This document shows positions 15,354 through 15,480 of a DNA stretch of 15,480 bases, in pieces. The stretch comes from Thermoplasmata archaeon (GTDB lineage Archaea; Thermoplasmatota; Thermoplasmata; Lutacidiplasmatales; UBA184), in the NCBI GenBank assembly GCA_028864975.1, contig JAGWLG010000048.1, forward strand, positions 1 to 15,480. The letters are read 5' to 3'. A program made the translations under genes and the position numbers. Positions within the stretch are counted from its first letter, which is position 1; every line of letters starts with the position of its first letter. The notes under the pieces were generated by a model. The model worked only from the letters and a program-made list of their open reading frames with translations, had not been told where the DNA came from and did not search any database.

Positions 15354-15386
15354 CGGGCCCGGCGAGAAGCAGGTCCCCTAAGAAGG

Positions 15387-15459
15387 TGGGCCCGGTCGGA
15401 TTCGAACCGACGACCAACCGGTTATGAGCCGGACGCTCTCGCCACTAAGCTACGGGCCC
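15387..15459 (-). tRNA. tRNA with CAU anticodon, most likely tRNA-Ile2 (archaeal type; C34 agmatidine-modified), intronless
   Basis: Folds as GGGCCCG/CGGGCCC acceptor, GCTT/GAGC D-stem, TCCGG-CTCATAA-CCGGT anticodon arm, GTCGG-TTCGAAT-CCGAC T-arm, discriminator A, then CC-T (CCA not fully encoded). The G1:C72 and C4:G69 pairs and GGGCCC start match archaeal Ile tRNAs, not initiator Met (A1:U72). tRNA call about 0.97; Ile2 versus Met less certain. Confidence 0.85.
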
Positions 15460-15480
15460 TGGGGGGCCCAGAGCCTTCCC

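Noticed and set aside
15387-15459. tRNA-Met (initiator or elongator)
   Set aside because: G1:C72 rather than the archaeal initiator A1:U72, no three consecutive G:C pairs at the base of the anticodon stem, and the GGGCCC acceptor with C4:G69 fits Ile. Elongator Met is not fully excluded.
15460-15480. Minus-strand ...GGGCCCCCCA as the 3' end of a second tRNA
   Set aside because: No T-arm (TTCRA) at the required distance.
1-15480. CRISPR array, IS/transposase, integrase, rRNA
   Set aside because: No regularly spaced repeats, terminal inverted repeats or recombinase motifs were found, and the coding space is fully explained by other genes.

Overview
GC-rich (roughly 65-70% by eye, not computed), gene-dense, chromosomal-looking window. 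It is probably archaeal (Thermoplasmata-like, by inference): TATA-like hexamers sit 22-23 nt before several starts, there is an archaeal-type tRNA-Ile2(CAU) without a full encoded CCA, and there is an AlaX-M. It holds 12 CDS and one tRNA. The left block (2-6415) has two paralogous MalT/AAA_16-type STAND NTPase-TPR proteins with no visible effector domain. They are arranged divergently around an alpha/beta-hydrolase and followed by a Mesh1/SAH-type HD hydrolase. The first STAND gene (minus strand, runs off the left edge) is missing from the supplied ORF track and was translated by hand. The two STANDs appear to have complementary defects: one has degenerate Walker A/B motifs, the other has intact Walker motifs but lacks about 50 aa including the GxP helical domain. 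The middle has a 14-TMS MFS transporter, an orphan CxxC/C/H protein and a translationally coupled alaX-glpK pair. The right block (10873-15459) has a metal-independent NAD-dependent formate dehydrogenase with a yeast-like short N-terminus, an MBL-fold hydrolase, and a coupled D-2-hydroxyacid dehydrogenase plus benzoylformate-decarboxylase-like ThDP enzyme whose catalytic Glu is Asp, just downstream of the tRNA. No mobile element, CRISPR array or rRNA was seen. All alignments were done by eye and no database searches were run.
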